IMG/VR virus record: IMGVR_UViG_3300044609_000960
Location: 32,001 to 96,000 of that record
DNA: 64,000 nucleotides
Direction: 5' to 3' (one strand)
Source of the DNA: a virus
In this document: piece after piece, positions 36,901 to 45,888 of the stretch
How the letters are laid out: each line of letters opens with the position of its first letter
Position numbering within the stretch: position 1 is the stretch's first letter
Position numbers and translations under genes: made by a program
Notes under the pieces: generated by a model
Seen by the model: only the letters and a program-made list of their open reading frames with translations
The model's database searches: none
Told to the model about the DNA's origin: nothing

Positions 36901-38119
36901 TGCAACTTCCGGTGGAGATAATGTAAAGGTCTCTAGTACCAAGTTTGTATTTAACCCAAGTACTTCAAGAATTGGACTTGGTACTCCCTCGCCGGAAGCT
37001 AAACTAGATATAAGAGGCGACGGGAACGTATTGAATCTTGCACCAGATACTAGTGGAAGTTACACACTTATAAATTTCAATTCCAGAGTTAACTTTGGAA
37101 GCGATAAGGGATTTATTCTAACACAAGACGAAAGTTCAAACTGTGTTGGAACAGGCAATGAAGATCTACGTATGGTCATTGGTGTTCACAATGACTTTAG
37201 AAGCAACACAACTCACTCGGATGAACTATGGTTCCAAGGTGGCGGAAGATTAGTACAGAATGTGGGGTCATGGGATAGTGAACTTAATACTATTATAGGA
37301 ACACCGGGAGCAGGAACTGCAAATGGTGGTCCTCAATATGAATGGAGAATTAACAACTCTCCAGTTATTAACATTTTAAATAATGGAAATTTTGGTATTG
37401 GGATTCAAAATCCTGGACATAAATTATCTGTTAATGGTGATTTTAGAATTTCATCTACAGCCAATCTTGGAACAACTGCGGGTAACTCATTAACTCTAGG
37501 AGATATTACCTACTCCAATGGCAATCAAAGTTATTTTAGATTTAAAGCAACAAGACTAGCGGACGGAACTAATTGGACTACAGCTTCTAATAAAATAGTA
37601 TGCGTTACTGATGTTACAGAGCAAGGTTATATTGAATTCAATCCACCTAATGATAATTACGGCATTGGATTAGGTCAAGGATCTAATGAGTACCTAAGGA
37701 TAAAAAATGGTGGCAATGTTGGTATAGGAACTACAAATCCCGGCTATAAACTTGAGGTCAATGGGTCATTTGCTGCCACCACTAAGTCGTTCGTCATCGA
37801 TCACCCAACCAAACCCGATCATAAACTCCGTTATGGATCACTCGAAGGTCCTGAAAATGGCGTCTATATCCGTGGTAGGTCCAAAGAGTTTGTCATAGAA
37901 TTACCAGAATACTGGACAAAACTAGTCGATCCTGACTCAATCACTGTCAATCTCACCCCTATCGGCAAAACTCAAACGCTCTGGGTTAAAGATATAAGAG
38001 ATAATAAGATCTATCTCGGATCAAAATGTTCCGAGATCAATTACTTCTACATGGTGCTTGCGGAGCGGGCTGATGTAGATAAGCTTGAAGTTGAGATTCC
38101 TAATGGCAATAGCTTATAA
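30956..38119 (+). CDS. long tail fibre/spike protein (2387 aa)
   Basis: Beta-helix-like section (GNDNNDGS...TIKKA...GDYTE), three HG-x-x-x-GD/QQ beta domains, NVGIGTTNP repeats, KSFVIDHP...LEGPE C-terminal domain. Confidence 0.8.
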   Translation: MATNRRFNVRHGLSAGTGTLLKDVVTNNGTLVDVGELSGLDTSSRSTIVQAINEVNTIATDTSQALQSAGEPNGFENRLHSEISFQNSIRTFTISPNSTDGHTSYYVWAGGVRRQIVNNLTISLPTTTGLYYIYFNSSGNLSHRTSYFDLKIDTPVAYIYWNAVTETAELFGDLRHDATLDWSTQRYLHDTFGVVVSSGFNLQGYTLEGDGSLDSHAQVGLANGTIHNADIVVTVTHSATPVLGDFEQKLSFPAEIPVMYQSGATGIWTVDGATTYPIKTSGTTIQYNVNNAGAWSTQPLTSGYYMSTWLLVSTNLEYPILSLLGQNQYATQGEAEASDFDDLDLTNIPTKDLKPIWKLVWRSDSTYPNSPNAILVNAIDLRSTVGKGVGDHGLLTGTDDDDHLQYLHVSNSRSGITANISTSGTLQTSNTTQSSISTEGGAYIAEKLGIGVLLPSVELEVDGDAKIDSLGLLGNNSYRTYINSGQSLTSDITYDLPSNYGVNGQTVVTDGNGNLTWGSSYFAGSTSIVVSAADGNDNNDGSLLPVRTIKKACQLAANKAKPVCIFVKAGDYTEQNPIIVPDDVSIVGDSLRSVIIRPAIPKADILRLRNGSYLTGLTFRDALDEEGVPDFTWRYIVAFDDPFDTSVSRAGYTGLPSTKPTITRSPYIQNCSIISFLGGSGVIVDGSKVVTPNIPDNPEEAERPTIGAVPEQGKSIVANAFTMLSFGGTGWRVVNDGYTQVVSCFQIFCKNGTYCQGGGYASITNSATNHGLYALRSQGYRAESFNFDRGYISALSIVDNKQTMQVLGTGREVINHYILKFYNTGTNTEITSQFKQTPIEKVFDPNIDVDYATNVITYNNHGYINRQQVIYSANGGAEITGLFDETVYYVNVIDPNTFKLFDDEELSSEVDLETGTYTQTHKLITNLEEFFVDGVIEYHNFYQELTLSAGSYTFNKGEIVIGTSLTTTSSGTVWSWNSSTNKLIVSVNKVLVAGQQVRQQFTNGMTLQDHSVTPVTATVNTNFRREDLYTSLFKTNSTSPGNSIQNFENLEGKDIHLHRPSIVNSSAHTWEYAGSGMDYNALPQNGAKSIPAYEQFQNLPGRVYSSGTNELGDFKIGDSIVAENRTGNIFFKQTVTVGELSSLKLTISDITIEEISTDVGLGDNEVGGASNSRLSTQFAIRGFLDQKLGSFQGKTVSTNSIPGSVVQLNSSGKINLDLIPAVRTFNTYKFEGQDSRLEAYLDVPPVEVLAGDFVTESVSGSDTTYVLQSDDISQYIVIDPAETINLTGITQIHGVISNADGIIDTSFGTNGLVSGIVNNTSITNGGSLYTPSTGTVTYKNITLTNITVAGTPSGAKATIIVTDGVVTLVDMTRGGSGYAVGDILSANSADIGGTGANFRLTVTGVERRLYIDLAGEKRKFVANSVAPDFISDADSPSKTLTNTYSSVTNFSAEATPTGAIDVANDQFVITNHGFTNGDLIFYSSGVNIPVGGLLSQTSYYIKVINTNTIELFTSYDLNPSNKVQISSTSTGTHSFTVYGVSTDKDTIYLTSHGYTTGDAVRITGTGLPAGLFSGNYYFIGSITTNTFTLHESKSAALDSINGVTNSEVNFTSQGTSTTTFKSLDVRIIGALNTSCKESDNWSFLSGANIDASNIVSGTIATTRLATSGTANTDTFLRGDQTWSYAVQSVYIDPNNSNGLQLSNGGTHLITGGITAYHGNVKLEIDNVNGTETRTAGFTNIGVAAFNTEQFNVSVVGDVSVKNGVIDAGTLDGQDSTYYLDPSNLISAIPVDRGGTGHSSYTNGQLLIGNSNNTLTKATLTPTTDQTTITNGSGSVTLGLATNVTTSRFTSTVASGTSPLTVTSNTLCANLNSDLLDGQEGTYYLNYSNFTNTPDLTKTLTMNTSGIGLSGSATYSANTASNITFTVTSNATAVNTASTIVSRDASGNFSAGTITANLTGTASLVGITDDTSTNTTHYIHFGDATSGGDNVKVSSTKFVFNPSTSRIGLGTPSPEAKLDIRGDGNVLNLAPDTSGSYTLINFNSRVNFGSDKGFILTQDESSNCVGTGNEDLRMVIGVHNDFRSNTTHSDELWFQGGGRLVQNVGSWDSELNTIIGTPGAGTANGGPQYEWRINNSPVINILNNGNFGIGIQNPGHKLSVNGDFRISSTANLGTTAGNSLTLGDITYSNGNQSYFRFKATRLADGTNWTTASNKIVCVTDVTEQGYIEFNPPNDNYGIGLGQGSNEYLRIKNGGNVGIGTTNPGYKLEVNGSFAATTKSFVIDHPTKPDHKLRYGSLEGPENGVYIRGRSKEFVIELPEYWTKLVDPDSITVNLTPIGKTQTLWVKDIRDNKIYLGSKCSEINYFYMVLAERADVDKLEVEIPNGNSL

Positions 38120-38753
38120 TCCTCAGATAGTTACAAGTGGTTTAATACTCTGCCTGGATGCAGGGAACACAAAATCCTATCCTGGCACTGGGATCACTTG
38201 GATTGACTTGAGTGATAATAAATACATAGCCACAATGAGAAATCTTACATCGTCAAATTGGGTTTTAATCGACGGACAAAGGGCATTTGAAACAAATGAT
38301 ACACCTAATCAAGGATTTACTATATCCAATTTTGTTAGACCCGGTACTCAGAGGACATATAGTATTTGGTTAAAATCAAAATCATTTTCTATTGGATGGC
38401 AGACTTGGTTTGATGATGAAAATGAAAGAATTTTATTTGGAACTCAAACAAATACAGTTCATATTTATCCAGATGTTAATTTATCAGCAAATTTACAAAT
38501 TAATACTTGGTATAATTTAGCATATACTTTATCAGGGACAACTGCTATTGGATACGTAAATGGAATTTCTATAGGAAGTGGAACTTATACCACGGCATTA
38601 TCAGGTGGAACAGGAAATTTATGGATATTAGGCGACCCTGGAGGTGAGGTTACAAGTTGTTATTGTTCCTGCGCCTCGGTCTATAATAGGGCACTTACAG
38701 CATCTGAGATCCAGCAGAACTTCATCGCTCTCCGCGGCCGTTTCGGAATCTGA
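38103..38753 (+). CDS. LamG/concanavalin A-like lectin virion protein
   Basis: IVTSGLILCLDAGN-x2-SYPGTG-x2-W-x-DLS ... YNRALTASEIQQNF; start ATG 38103. Confidence 0.8.
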   Translation: MAIAYNPQIVTSGLILCLDAGNTKSYPGTGITWIDLSDNKYIATMRNLTSSNWVLIDGQRAFETNDTPNQGFTISNFVRPGTQRTYSIWLKSKSFSIGWQTWFDDENERILFGTQTNTVHIYPDVNLSANLQINTWYNLAYTLSGTTAIGYVNGISIGSGTYTTALSGGTGNLWILGDPGGEVTSCYCSCASVYNRALTASEIQQNFIALRGRFGI

Positions 38754-38785
38754 GTTTAAAGACACTATATATAGCGTATAGTGTC
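38754..38785 (+). promoter_or_regulatory. late promoter GTTTAAAG followed by a 9-bp hairpin
   Basis: GACACTATA-7 nt-TATAGTGTC ending 5 nt before ATG 38791. Confidence 0.6.
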
Positions 38786-38790
38786 ACTCC

Positions 38791-41700
38791 ATGGCAGCAT
38801 CCGACAAGAATATTTTAATCTCACCTCAAAGGGGTTCGACTACTCAGGTCCCCTCTATTGTCTTCACTGGAGATGGTAATGATCCGATTACTCTTAGAGT
38901 ACTTGATGGGGTTCCTGGTGCCTTAAGCTTTGAGGGAGGTGCAGGGCAATTATTTAGTCTCACCGATAATCTTACCTCTGGATCCATCTTCTCTGTTAAT
39001 GATGTCTCAGGGCTTCCTAGTATTGATGTAAATGCTTCAGGTCTTATTCAAATCGCCCCATTGGGGGGAACTGTAGCAATAGGTAAAAGTACTGTTGTAG
39101 CCGGAAGAACCGTTGATATCAAAGGAAATACACATATCGATGGTACATTAACAAGTACTGATATTAGATTTTCTATTATCTATGATTCTAATGACTCAGC
39201 TTATTATGCTGATTTTAATGGAACAACTAGACTTAATAATCTCCATTCAAACATAGCTACATTTGGTTCTAGGGCTAATAGCTCAAATTTTGGTGGGAAT
39301 ACTGGCGGTCTGTCTGGTGTATCTCAGGTACTCGAAGTTAGGGCTAATGGAAGTATTCCATTAATGACCTGGCATTATGAGAACATAGCTACAAGGCACA
39401 TAGGTCTAGACTCTTCTGGATTCTTACAAGTCTATAATCCCAATGAAGCTGGGGGATCTGTGCTTCAGGCCAACTCGAGTCTAAGAGCTCCCATCTTCTA
39501 TGATTCTAATGACACTGGATATTACATCGATCCCAACTCGACCTCAAACTTTGTTAGACAATACTTAACTTATAATAGCGCCTCTGGACTAGCTAACGGC
39601 TCATTCAATGTCTCTTCTGCCACTATAGGTGGATTACATTTTACAAACGGAAGCGGTGTTAGTGGAAGTGGTAATCAAGCAGCTATAACATTTATGGGAA
39701 GTTCAGCTTCCCAGGCTCAAGCGGGAATCTACGTCCATAACAATAATTCCGAAGGAACTCACATGGCTCTCTGTACTACAGATAGCTATGCGACTGGACC
39801 ACAGATAGGACTTAGAATAATGAATAGTGGTTATTCACTATTCCCTAGATCCTATGTTGAGGCGACCGGGTCATTTAGAGCTCCGATATTCTATGATTCT
39901 AATAATACTGGTTACTATGTCGATCCAGCTTCGCAGACTAATCTCAACTATCTGAGATTAGCAAATAATAATTCAATTTATTTCTCAACAACATTAACTG
40001 CCGAATTCAACCACGACAGTGATTCCACTCCTGTCGCCTTTAACATGATCAAGAGCGGAAATAGTATTACTGATAGTAATAACTATGGAGTCCTTTCTCT
40101 TGTAAGAAGAAACCATAATAACTCTGCAACTTCCGCCGGTGCTGGCCTCTACTTTGTCCTCAAGGATGATGGTGGCACTGATAGAGAATACGCCGGGATC
40201 TACGGAAAGAAAACTGTTGCTGGGGCGTCCGGTGGCGAGTTAGTGTTCATGAACTATGGCAGAAATGAAGTTGCCTATTGTAATTCTGATTTCTTCTCGC
40301 ATACTTCGGATATAAGAACACCGATCTTCTACGACTCAAATGATACAGGGTTTTATTTAGATCCAGCTTCTAAATCCAGATTAAACACTCTGTCCCTATC
40401 TGACGATAGAACCCTCTCCTACCCTGGAATCCTAAACCTTGGCAGCATCTCATATAACTACAACTTCCTAAACGGATCTTGGTCTTCCTCTATCACGGCT
40501 GGGATCATGGCGCATTGCGCCGATCAATGGGAAATTGCTATCCATGACTCCGGTACTAGAGTAGTATCTCCGTTCCTATTTGATGGAGGAAGTAATCACC
40601 GATTACTCATGGGTCGCGACATTGGATGGGGAACAATGTATATCGAGGCGGCTAATTCATTTAGAGCGCCTATTTTCTACGACTCTAATGACACTGCGTA
40701 CTATCTAGATGCCGCTAGTTCTACCACGTCGCTCTCGATCGCTGGCGCAATAGAGCAGGGTCCTAATTTCGCCCATCCAAACATCGAATGGAGCGCCTCA
40801 GGAACCTCCACCGGAATGGTGATTTTCCGTCTTCCTGGTGGAACTGGGAACTATGGCATGGTGCATATGGTATTCGATTATTACGAATACAATAGCCCTA
40901 GGACTGCAACTATTATCGTTGGTGGACATAACTGGAACGGAGCTTGGTATAACGTTGCATGTAATGTTGCAGGATTTATTGATAAAATAGTACGAGTTGG
41001 AGTTAAGGACGGGCAATATTGCGTTGTATTTGGCGAAGCAGGAAGCTCTTGGAGTTATGGCACTATTAGACTAAGAAAGATTCACAATGGTTCTTTCTAT
41101 AATAATATTATGGATTTAGGGGGCGTTTATTCGGCTTCCCAAACAACAACCGAGTCTTTTTCTAATATTTCTGCGGATATAAGAGAATCAAGAACTTCTG
41201 GGGCATTTATTGCATCTACAATAACTGCTTCTACGTCTGCTTCGGCTCCAATTTATTACGATTCTAATAATACTGCTTATTACACTGATCCAAATGGTCA
41301 ATCTTCACTTTGGGGCGTCGCAATAAGAGGGGACTATGGGTCCACGAACACTGATAATCAAATTTTCTTTTGGGGCGCTGGAAATACAACTACTTCTGCG
41401 ATAGGATTTAAAGCAAATGGCGGATCCTTTGGAAATCCTACAGGAACCGGTGATGGATATAACACGTACTTTACCATGGATACCGATGGTAGGGGATGGG
41501 TGTTTAGAAGAGGAGTTGGTGGAACTGATTTCAATTCTGCCTACAATTCTGGATGGATTTTAAATAATGGCGTTTGGCAAGCAAATAGCAGCATGAGAGC
41601 GCCAATATTTTATGATTCGAATAATACCGGATATTATACAGACCCAGCTTCAACATCAATTTTAAATTCATTAACAATAAATGGTACATTAAATGCATAT

Positions 41701-44700
41701 TCAAACGCAATAGTTGTTAATAGAATTAATTTTAGAGATACTTCAGGTTCGGCCGATAGCGATCCATACTGCCTAAGATGGATGGATGAGAGCGCCAATG
41801 GTGGATTGAGTTGGTTAGAACTTCAGATGAATGATGATTCTAACGAAGAGTTCAGAATCTACGGAAATTCTTGCAGTGGGTATGGATGTGGAGAAATATC
41901 AGGAAATCTTTATCATAGATTTAGAGCGGATGGCTGGGCATGGCATTCTAACTATGTAGAGGGAGGTAGTAGTGTAAGAGGACCTATTTTTTATGATTCC
42001 AATGATACTGGGTATTATGTAGATCCAGCATCCACAACCCAACTTAATGTAGCTAGGTTTGCAAGTGGTGGATATACAAAAACCTATTCATTTACCCCAG
42101 CAGGTACAAAGGGATCAGGTAACTATGTTTGGGTTAGAGCCTCGATGGGTGGATTTAACGCAGGTGGGGATACTGTAAGATTCACAATAACCCGCTCTAT
42201 TAATGATAATGGTAATGATCCTTATGGTGGTTGCACGGCTGATTTCACTGCTCACTCCAGAGAATGGCATGGTGGCCAAGAAACTTGCACAGTATTCTAT
42301 ACACAACATGGTAGTGCTCCATACGGTCAATATATTACTAACGCGGGTCCAAGAGATCTAGCTGGAAACGGTTATTGGTTCTATATGAGGGTCCTTCAAG
42401 GCGTGACCTATAAAGTCTATGTTCACGCTGAGTCGGGGCCAATGGGTAATTTTGATCCGGCTTCTCAGACTGACCCAGGAAGCGTACCAGCTGTCTATAC
42501 TGGATTTAATATACTCGGAAGTGGTGGTAATTCTGCAGATTTTGTAGCCCAGAATAACTCTTTTGGACTTTCTAGTGTAAGAGCTCCAATATTCTATGAC
42601 TATAATGATACCGGATTTTATGATGATCCTGCTTCTACCTCTAATTTAAATCTCGTACAAACCAGGGATCTTAGAGCACTTGGTCAGATCAGAGCTACTG
42701 GTTGGTATAACTCAAATAGTGGATCTCATACTGGTCCCGCTATTGAAATTGGAGTGAGTTCTCCTGGTAGTAGCAATGGGTACATTCTCGCTTATAATAG
42801 AGATAATAGTTCATATATAAATATGAATTTCAATGCCACCGCATTTAATTTCGGTGGGCAGAGCGGCGGATTTCTTAACTGTGATACCAGTATAAGGTCA
42901 CCGATCTTTTACGACTCTAATGACACTGGATATTATCTCGATCCAAATGCAGACAGATCCACAAACATCAATGGATTCTCATCCAGAACTGTAGAATATA
43001 CAAAGGGAACGTATAAATACAACACTCCAAGACCAATTCATACTTCCGACACAAACTATTGGACCGGGACTATGGGTTGGGGTACCACCGATTTTAATAA
43101 TGTAATGACCTGGGGATCTGGGTTCTTTGATACCTGGAGTTCTCCGTCTAATAGTCCAGGCGATACTTCACATTGGGTAGGTGTTCAGGCTTACCATTAT
43201 GTAAATGCGGCAAATAGCGGATATGGTTGGCAACTTGCTGGTGGAGTTACTGATTCTCTATGGTGGAGACATTCTTGGCCAAATAATAGTTCTTGGTTCA
43301 AGGTTGCGATGTATAATAACAACGCAAATACATCTACATTCTATTCTACTCTTTATTATGATTCAAATGATTCAGGATACTATCTAGATCCTAATTCAAC
43401 TAGTGACTCAGCTCTTAGGATAAGAGGAGGAGCTCTGCATGGTCCTAACTCAAGTTGGGGAGCATATTTACTCGTTGGAGGGGACGGTAGACAAAATTAT
43501 ACTAATAATACTACCACGGCCTCAGTATGTACTACAAACGGAAATCTCCATATAGATGCTGCTAGTGGATTTAATACATATATCAACCATTATGATGGAA
43601 ACATAATCTATTTTGGTAATGGTTCAAATGGCAACTGGGGAGAATGGTCGGGTAGTAATTTCATAGCATATGGACCGGTTTACGGAACTATATACTATGA
43701 TCGTGATAATAGTAGTTATTACTTAAATCCCCATAATGCCTCTAGATTAAATCTTCTTACCTCAGATTCAACGATTTCTTATAACGGTTATGAAACAGGT
43801 TACTCTGGTTCTAATAGTAACTTACCTAGAACAAATCGACCTTATGCTTTTGGTTTCCAAGAGAGTGGAGCTTGGTCTGGTACCTATCCAGATCTTGTAC
43901 TTCAATATCATACCGGAGTAACACTTGCTGGTAATGCGAGTTATGACGGTATAACATTTAAGGCCGATTTTAGCGATGATACCGTAATCTTCAGAGTTAA
44001 TGGTGGATCAAACTACCTATATAAATATCGGTGGATGTACACTACCTCAGATGGTTTCTACTCCGATACTAATAACGCCCATTGGAACCCGAACGTATCT
44101 AGCAGTTATGGTTCATGGAGAATGATTGGAGGTAGAAATGGTTGGACTGGTATCTATTTTGAGAATGCTGGAAATCAAGTCAATCACCTCATGTTTGATA
44201 CCAGTAATAATGGTGGATTCTACTCACAAAGTTCTGCTAGATGGTGGTTATATTACAATTACGGGAATAATTGTTGGGGAGTTGGAACCTCTACCACTAA
44301 TTCTGCGTACAATATCTATTGTCCAACAGGGGTTTATTCTGCAGGACGTGTAGATGGATCGATCTTTTATGATAGTAATGATACTCAATATTACATCGAT
44401 GGAAATAGCGAATCTAGACTTTATAGGCTGAGAGTTGGTCCATATGCTGGATCTGTTCAGAGCGGAGGTCAGACTGGGCTCGAATTAGTTAACACCGGAG
44501 GTACTGGAGATGGTAATGTAGCAGCGATGTCTTTCCATTGCTCTGGATATTATGCAATGCACCTGCACCTCCGGCACGATGGTTACTTCGGGGCCGGCGG
44601 ATGGTCTGCTTCCACCTGGCGTTGGTACGTTAACATGACAAATGGCGATATGACCGCCGTGGGTAACGTTACAGCGTACTCAGACATTAGACTCAAAGAA

Positions 44701-45015
44701 GAGATTGAACCACTGCAAAACTCTCTAGAGAAGTTAATGCAGATAAATGGAGTATCTTTCAGATGGAAAGATCTGCCGGAAGTTGTTGGTCACCCAGGCA
44801 AGAAGGACTTCGGAATCATCGCGCAAGAAGTCGAAAAAGTATTCCCAGAGGTAGTACATGAGTCGGCTCACGAGTCACCAGATGGTGATTCATACAAGAC
44901 AGTTGCGTACGATAAGCTCGTCCCGGTACTTTTAGAGGCAATTAAGGAGCAACAAAAGCAAATCGATGATCTTAAAAAAGAGGTTGAAAGATTAAAATCT
45001 AAACTAGGAGAATAA
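38791..45015 (+). CDS. modular long tail fibre with C-terminal intramolecular chaperone (peptidase S74)
   Basis: 13 (R)APIFYDSNxTGYYxDP linkers; AYSDIRLKEEI...GIIAQEVEKVFPEVV...VAYDKLVPVLLEAIKEQQ S74 signature. Confidence 0.88.
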   Translation: MAASDKNILISPQRGSTTQVPSIVFTGDGNDPITLRVLDGVPGALSFEGGAGQLFSLTDNLTSGSIFSVNDVSGLPSIDVNASGLIQIAPLGGTVAIGKSTVVAGRTVDIKGNTHIDGTLTSTDIRFSIIYDSNDSAYYADFNGTTRLNNLHSNIATFGSRANSSNFGGNTGGLSGVSQVLEVRANGSIPLMTWHYENIATRHIGLDSSGFLQVYNPNEAGGSVLQANSSLRAPIFYDSNDTGYYIDPNSTSNFVRQYLTYNSASGLANGSFNVSSATIGGLHFTNGSGVSGSGNQAAITFMGSSASQAQAGIYVHNNNSEGTHMALCTTDSYATGPQIGLRIMNSGYSLFPRSYVEATGSFRAPIFYDSNNTGYYVDPASQTNLNYLRLANNNSIYFSTTLTAEFNHDSDSTPVAFNMIKSGNSITDSNNYGVLSLVRRNHNNSATSAGAGLYFVLKDDGGTDREYAGIYGKKTVAGASGGELVFMNYGRNEVAYCNSDFFSHTSDIRTPIFYDSNDTGFYLDPASKSRLNTLSLSDDRTLSYPGILNLGSISYNYNFLNGSWSSSITAGIMAHCADQWEIAIHDSGTRVVSPFLFDGGSNHRLLMGRDIGWGTMYIEAANSFRAPIFYDSNDTAYYLDAASSTTSLSIAGAIEQGPNFAHPNIEWSASGTSTGMVIFRLPGGTGNYGMVHMVFDYYEYNSPRTATIIVGGHNWNGAWYNVACNVAGFIDKIVRVGVKDGQYCVVFGEAGSSWSYGTIRLRKIHNGSFYNNIMDLGGVYSASQTTTESFSNISADIRESRTSGAFIASTITASTSASAPIYYDSNNTAYYTDPNGQSSLWGVAIRGDYGSTNTDNQIFFWGAGNTTTSAIGFKANGGSFGNPTGTGDGYNTYFTMDTDGRGWVFRRGVGGTDFNSAYNSGWILNNGVWQANSSMRAPIFYDSNNTGYYTDPASTSILNSLTINGTLNAYSNAIVVNRINFRDTSGSADSDPYCLRWMDESANGGLSWLELQMNDDSNEEFRIYGNSCSGYGCGEISGNLYHRFRADGWAWHSNYVEGGSSVRGPIFYDSNDTGYYVDPASTTQLNVARFASGGYTKTYSFTPAGTKGSGNYVWVRASMGGFNAGGDTVRFTITRSINDNGNDPYGGCTADFTAHSREWHGGQETCTVFYTQHGSAPYGQYITNAGPRDLAGNGYWFYMRVLQGVTYKVYVHAESGPMGNFDPASQTDPGSVPAVYTGFNILGSGGNSADFVAQNNSFGLSSVRAPIFYDYNDTGFYDDPASTSNLNLVQTRDLRALGQIRATGWYNSNSGSHTGPAIEIGVSSPGSSNGYILAYNRDNSSYINMNFNATAFNFGGQSGGFLNCDTSIRSPIFYDSNDTGYYLDPNADRSTNINGFSSRTVEYTKGTYKYNTPRPIHTSDTNYWTGTMGWGTTDFNNVMTWGSGFFDTWSSPSNSPGDTSHWVGVQAYHYVNAANSGYGWQLAGGVTDSLWWRHSWPNNSSWFKVAMYNNNANTSTFYSTLYYDSNDSGYYLDPNSTSDSALRIRGGALHGPNSSWGAYLLVGGDGRQNYTNNTTTASVCTTNGNLHIDAASGFNTYINHYDGNIIYFGNGSNGNWGEWSGSNFIAYGPVYGTIYYDRDNSSYYLNPHNASRLNLLTSDSTISYNGYETGYSGSNSNLPRTNRPYAFGFQESGAWSGTYPDLVLQYHTGVTLAGNASYDGITFKADFSDDTVIFRVNGGSNYLYKYRWMYTTSDGFYSDTNNAHWNPNVSSSYGSWRMIGGRNGWTGIYFENAGNQVNHLMFDTSNNGGFYSQSSARWWLYYNYGNNCWGVGTSTTNSAYNIYCPTGVYSAGRVDGSIFYDSNDTQYYIDGNSESRLYRLRVGPYAGSVQSGGQTGLELVNTGGTGDGNVAAMSFHCSGYYAMHLHLRHDGYFGAGGWSASTWRWYVNMTNGDMTAVGNVTAYSDIRLKEEIEPLQNSLEKLMQINGVSFRWKDLPEVVGHPGKKDFGIIAQEVEKVFPEVVHESAHESPDGDSYKTVAYDKLVPVLLEAIKEQQKQIDDLKKEVERLKSKLGE
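39175..44400 (+). repeat. 13 dispersed ~17-codon linker repeats
   Basis: YD codons at 39181, 39499, 39892, 40330, 40678, 41257, 41611, 41992, 42595, 42910, 43357, 43696, 44368. Confidence 0.85.
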
Positions 45016-45017
45016 TA

Positions 45018-45452
45018 ATGGCCCTTATTAAGGATTTTGAGATCCCAGACACTGGATTGGTTATCAAGGATGCCTATCATGTGATCACAAAAGTCGATAC
45101 TGAGAAACGTCTCAATGATATCGCGCCTCCGCCAGACTCTTCTACTTCTACAGGTTATACCCACCGTAATAATTCAGATGAGTCCCAATGGGTGTATTGG
45201 AAGGCCGGATATATTGGTCGGATATCGATAGAGATTTACACAACCAAGCAAGCACGCGAGGAGGGAAAAAAGCCCATCGGAGCGATCTGTATCAACCCTA
45301 CCGACGTTCAGGTTAACGGGTCCCTTACTACGGATATCAAGGATTTCGATTTGAGATTTTTTATAGATCCTACTAGTCAATCGAGCATAATTGACCAGGC
45401 CTACCAACATCTTCTCATGTTAGATTTTTATAAGGGCGCTATTCCTGATTAG
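45018..45452 (+). CDS. tail fibre-associated/assembly protein
   Basis: Follows the fibre; ends QAYQHL...FYKGA; AGGAG SD. Confidence 0.55.
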   Translation: MALIKDFEIPDTGLVIKDAYHVITKVDTEKRLNDIAPPPDSSTSTGYTHRNNSDESQWVYWKAGYIGRISIEIYTTKQAREEGKKPIGAICINPTDVQVNGSLTTDIKDFDLRFFIDPTSQSSIIDQAYQHLLMLDFYKGAIPD

Positions 45453-45455
45453 TTG

Positions 45456-45463
45456 GTTTAAAG
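45456..45463 (+). promoter_or_regulatory. putative late promoter GTTTAAAG
   Basis: 27 nt before ATG 45491. Confidence 0.6.
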
Positions 45464-45490
45464 GTTTATATATTTTATACGGATTCACAT

Positions 45491-45874
45491 ATGTCTATTA
45501 CGTATTCTTGGAAAATTACTGGTATTAAAAAAGTTGATACCAAAGATGTTCAAGGTGTTATTTTTCAAACTTATTGGAAGAAAATAGGTGAGGATACCGA
45601 AGGTAATATCGGCGAGTTTGTCGGTGCTACTCCATTTGATCCTAAAACTGTCGATCCAGAAAACTTTATTTCATTTGAGAATCTTACCGAAGAACTCGTA
45701 CTTGGTTGGATTCAAAACATCGTTGTGGGTGATTATGAACGTCATGTAAATGAACGTATAGCAGAACAGATTGAAGCTAAAAAGGTTAATATTGAAGAAG
45801 TAAATGACGGTGCTTTACCATGGCAGCCTGGAGATACTCCTGTGACTCCAGCACCGACATCTGTTGCAGAATAA
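45491..45874 (+). CDS. tail fibre-associated small protein
   Basis: ITYSWKI...FISFENLTEELVLGWI...LPW, a family common next to S74 fibres. Confidence 0.6.
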   Translation: MSITYSWKITGIKKVDTKDVQGVIFQTYWKKIGEDTEGNIGEFVGATPFDPKTVDPENFISFENLTEELVLGWIQNIVVGDYERHVNERIAEQIEAKKVNIEEVNDGALPWQPGDTPVTPAPTSVAE

Positions 45875-45888
45875 ATTGATTATTTAAT

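Noticed and set aside
39175-44400. CRISPR-like repeat-spacer array
   Set aside because: Spacers are 300-670 nt, all in one open frame, and the repeats vary at synonymous positions, so these are protein repeats.
38791-45015. Shufflon, invertible cassette or DGR in the repeated fibre
   Set aside because: Linkers are direct, in-frame and degenerate. No inverted sites, invertase, reverse transcriptase or adenine-specific TR/VR pair was seen in the window.
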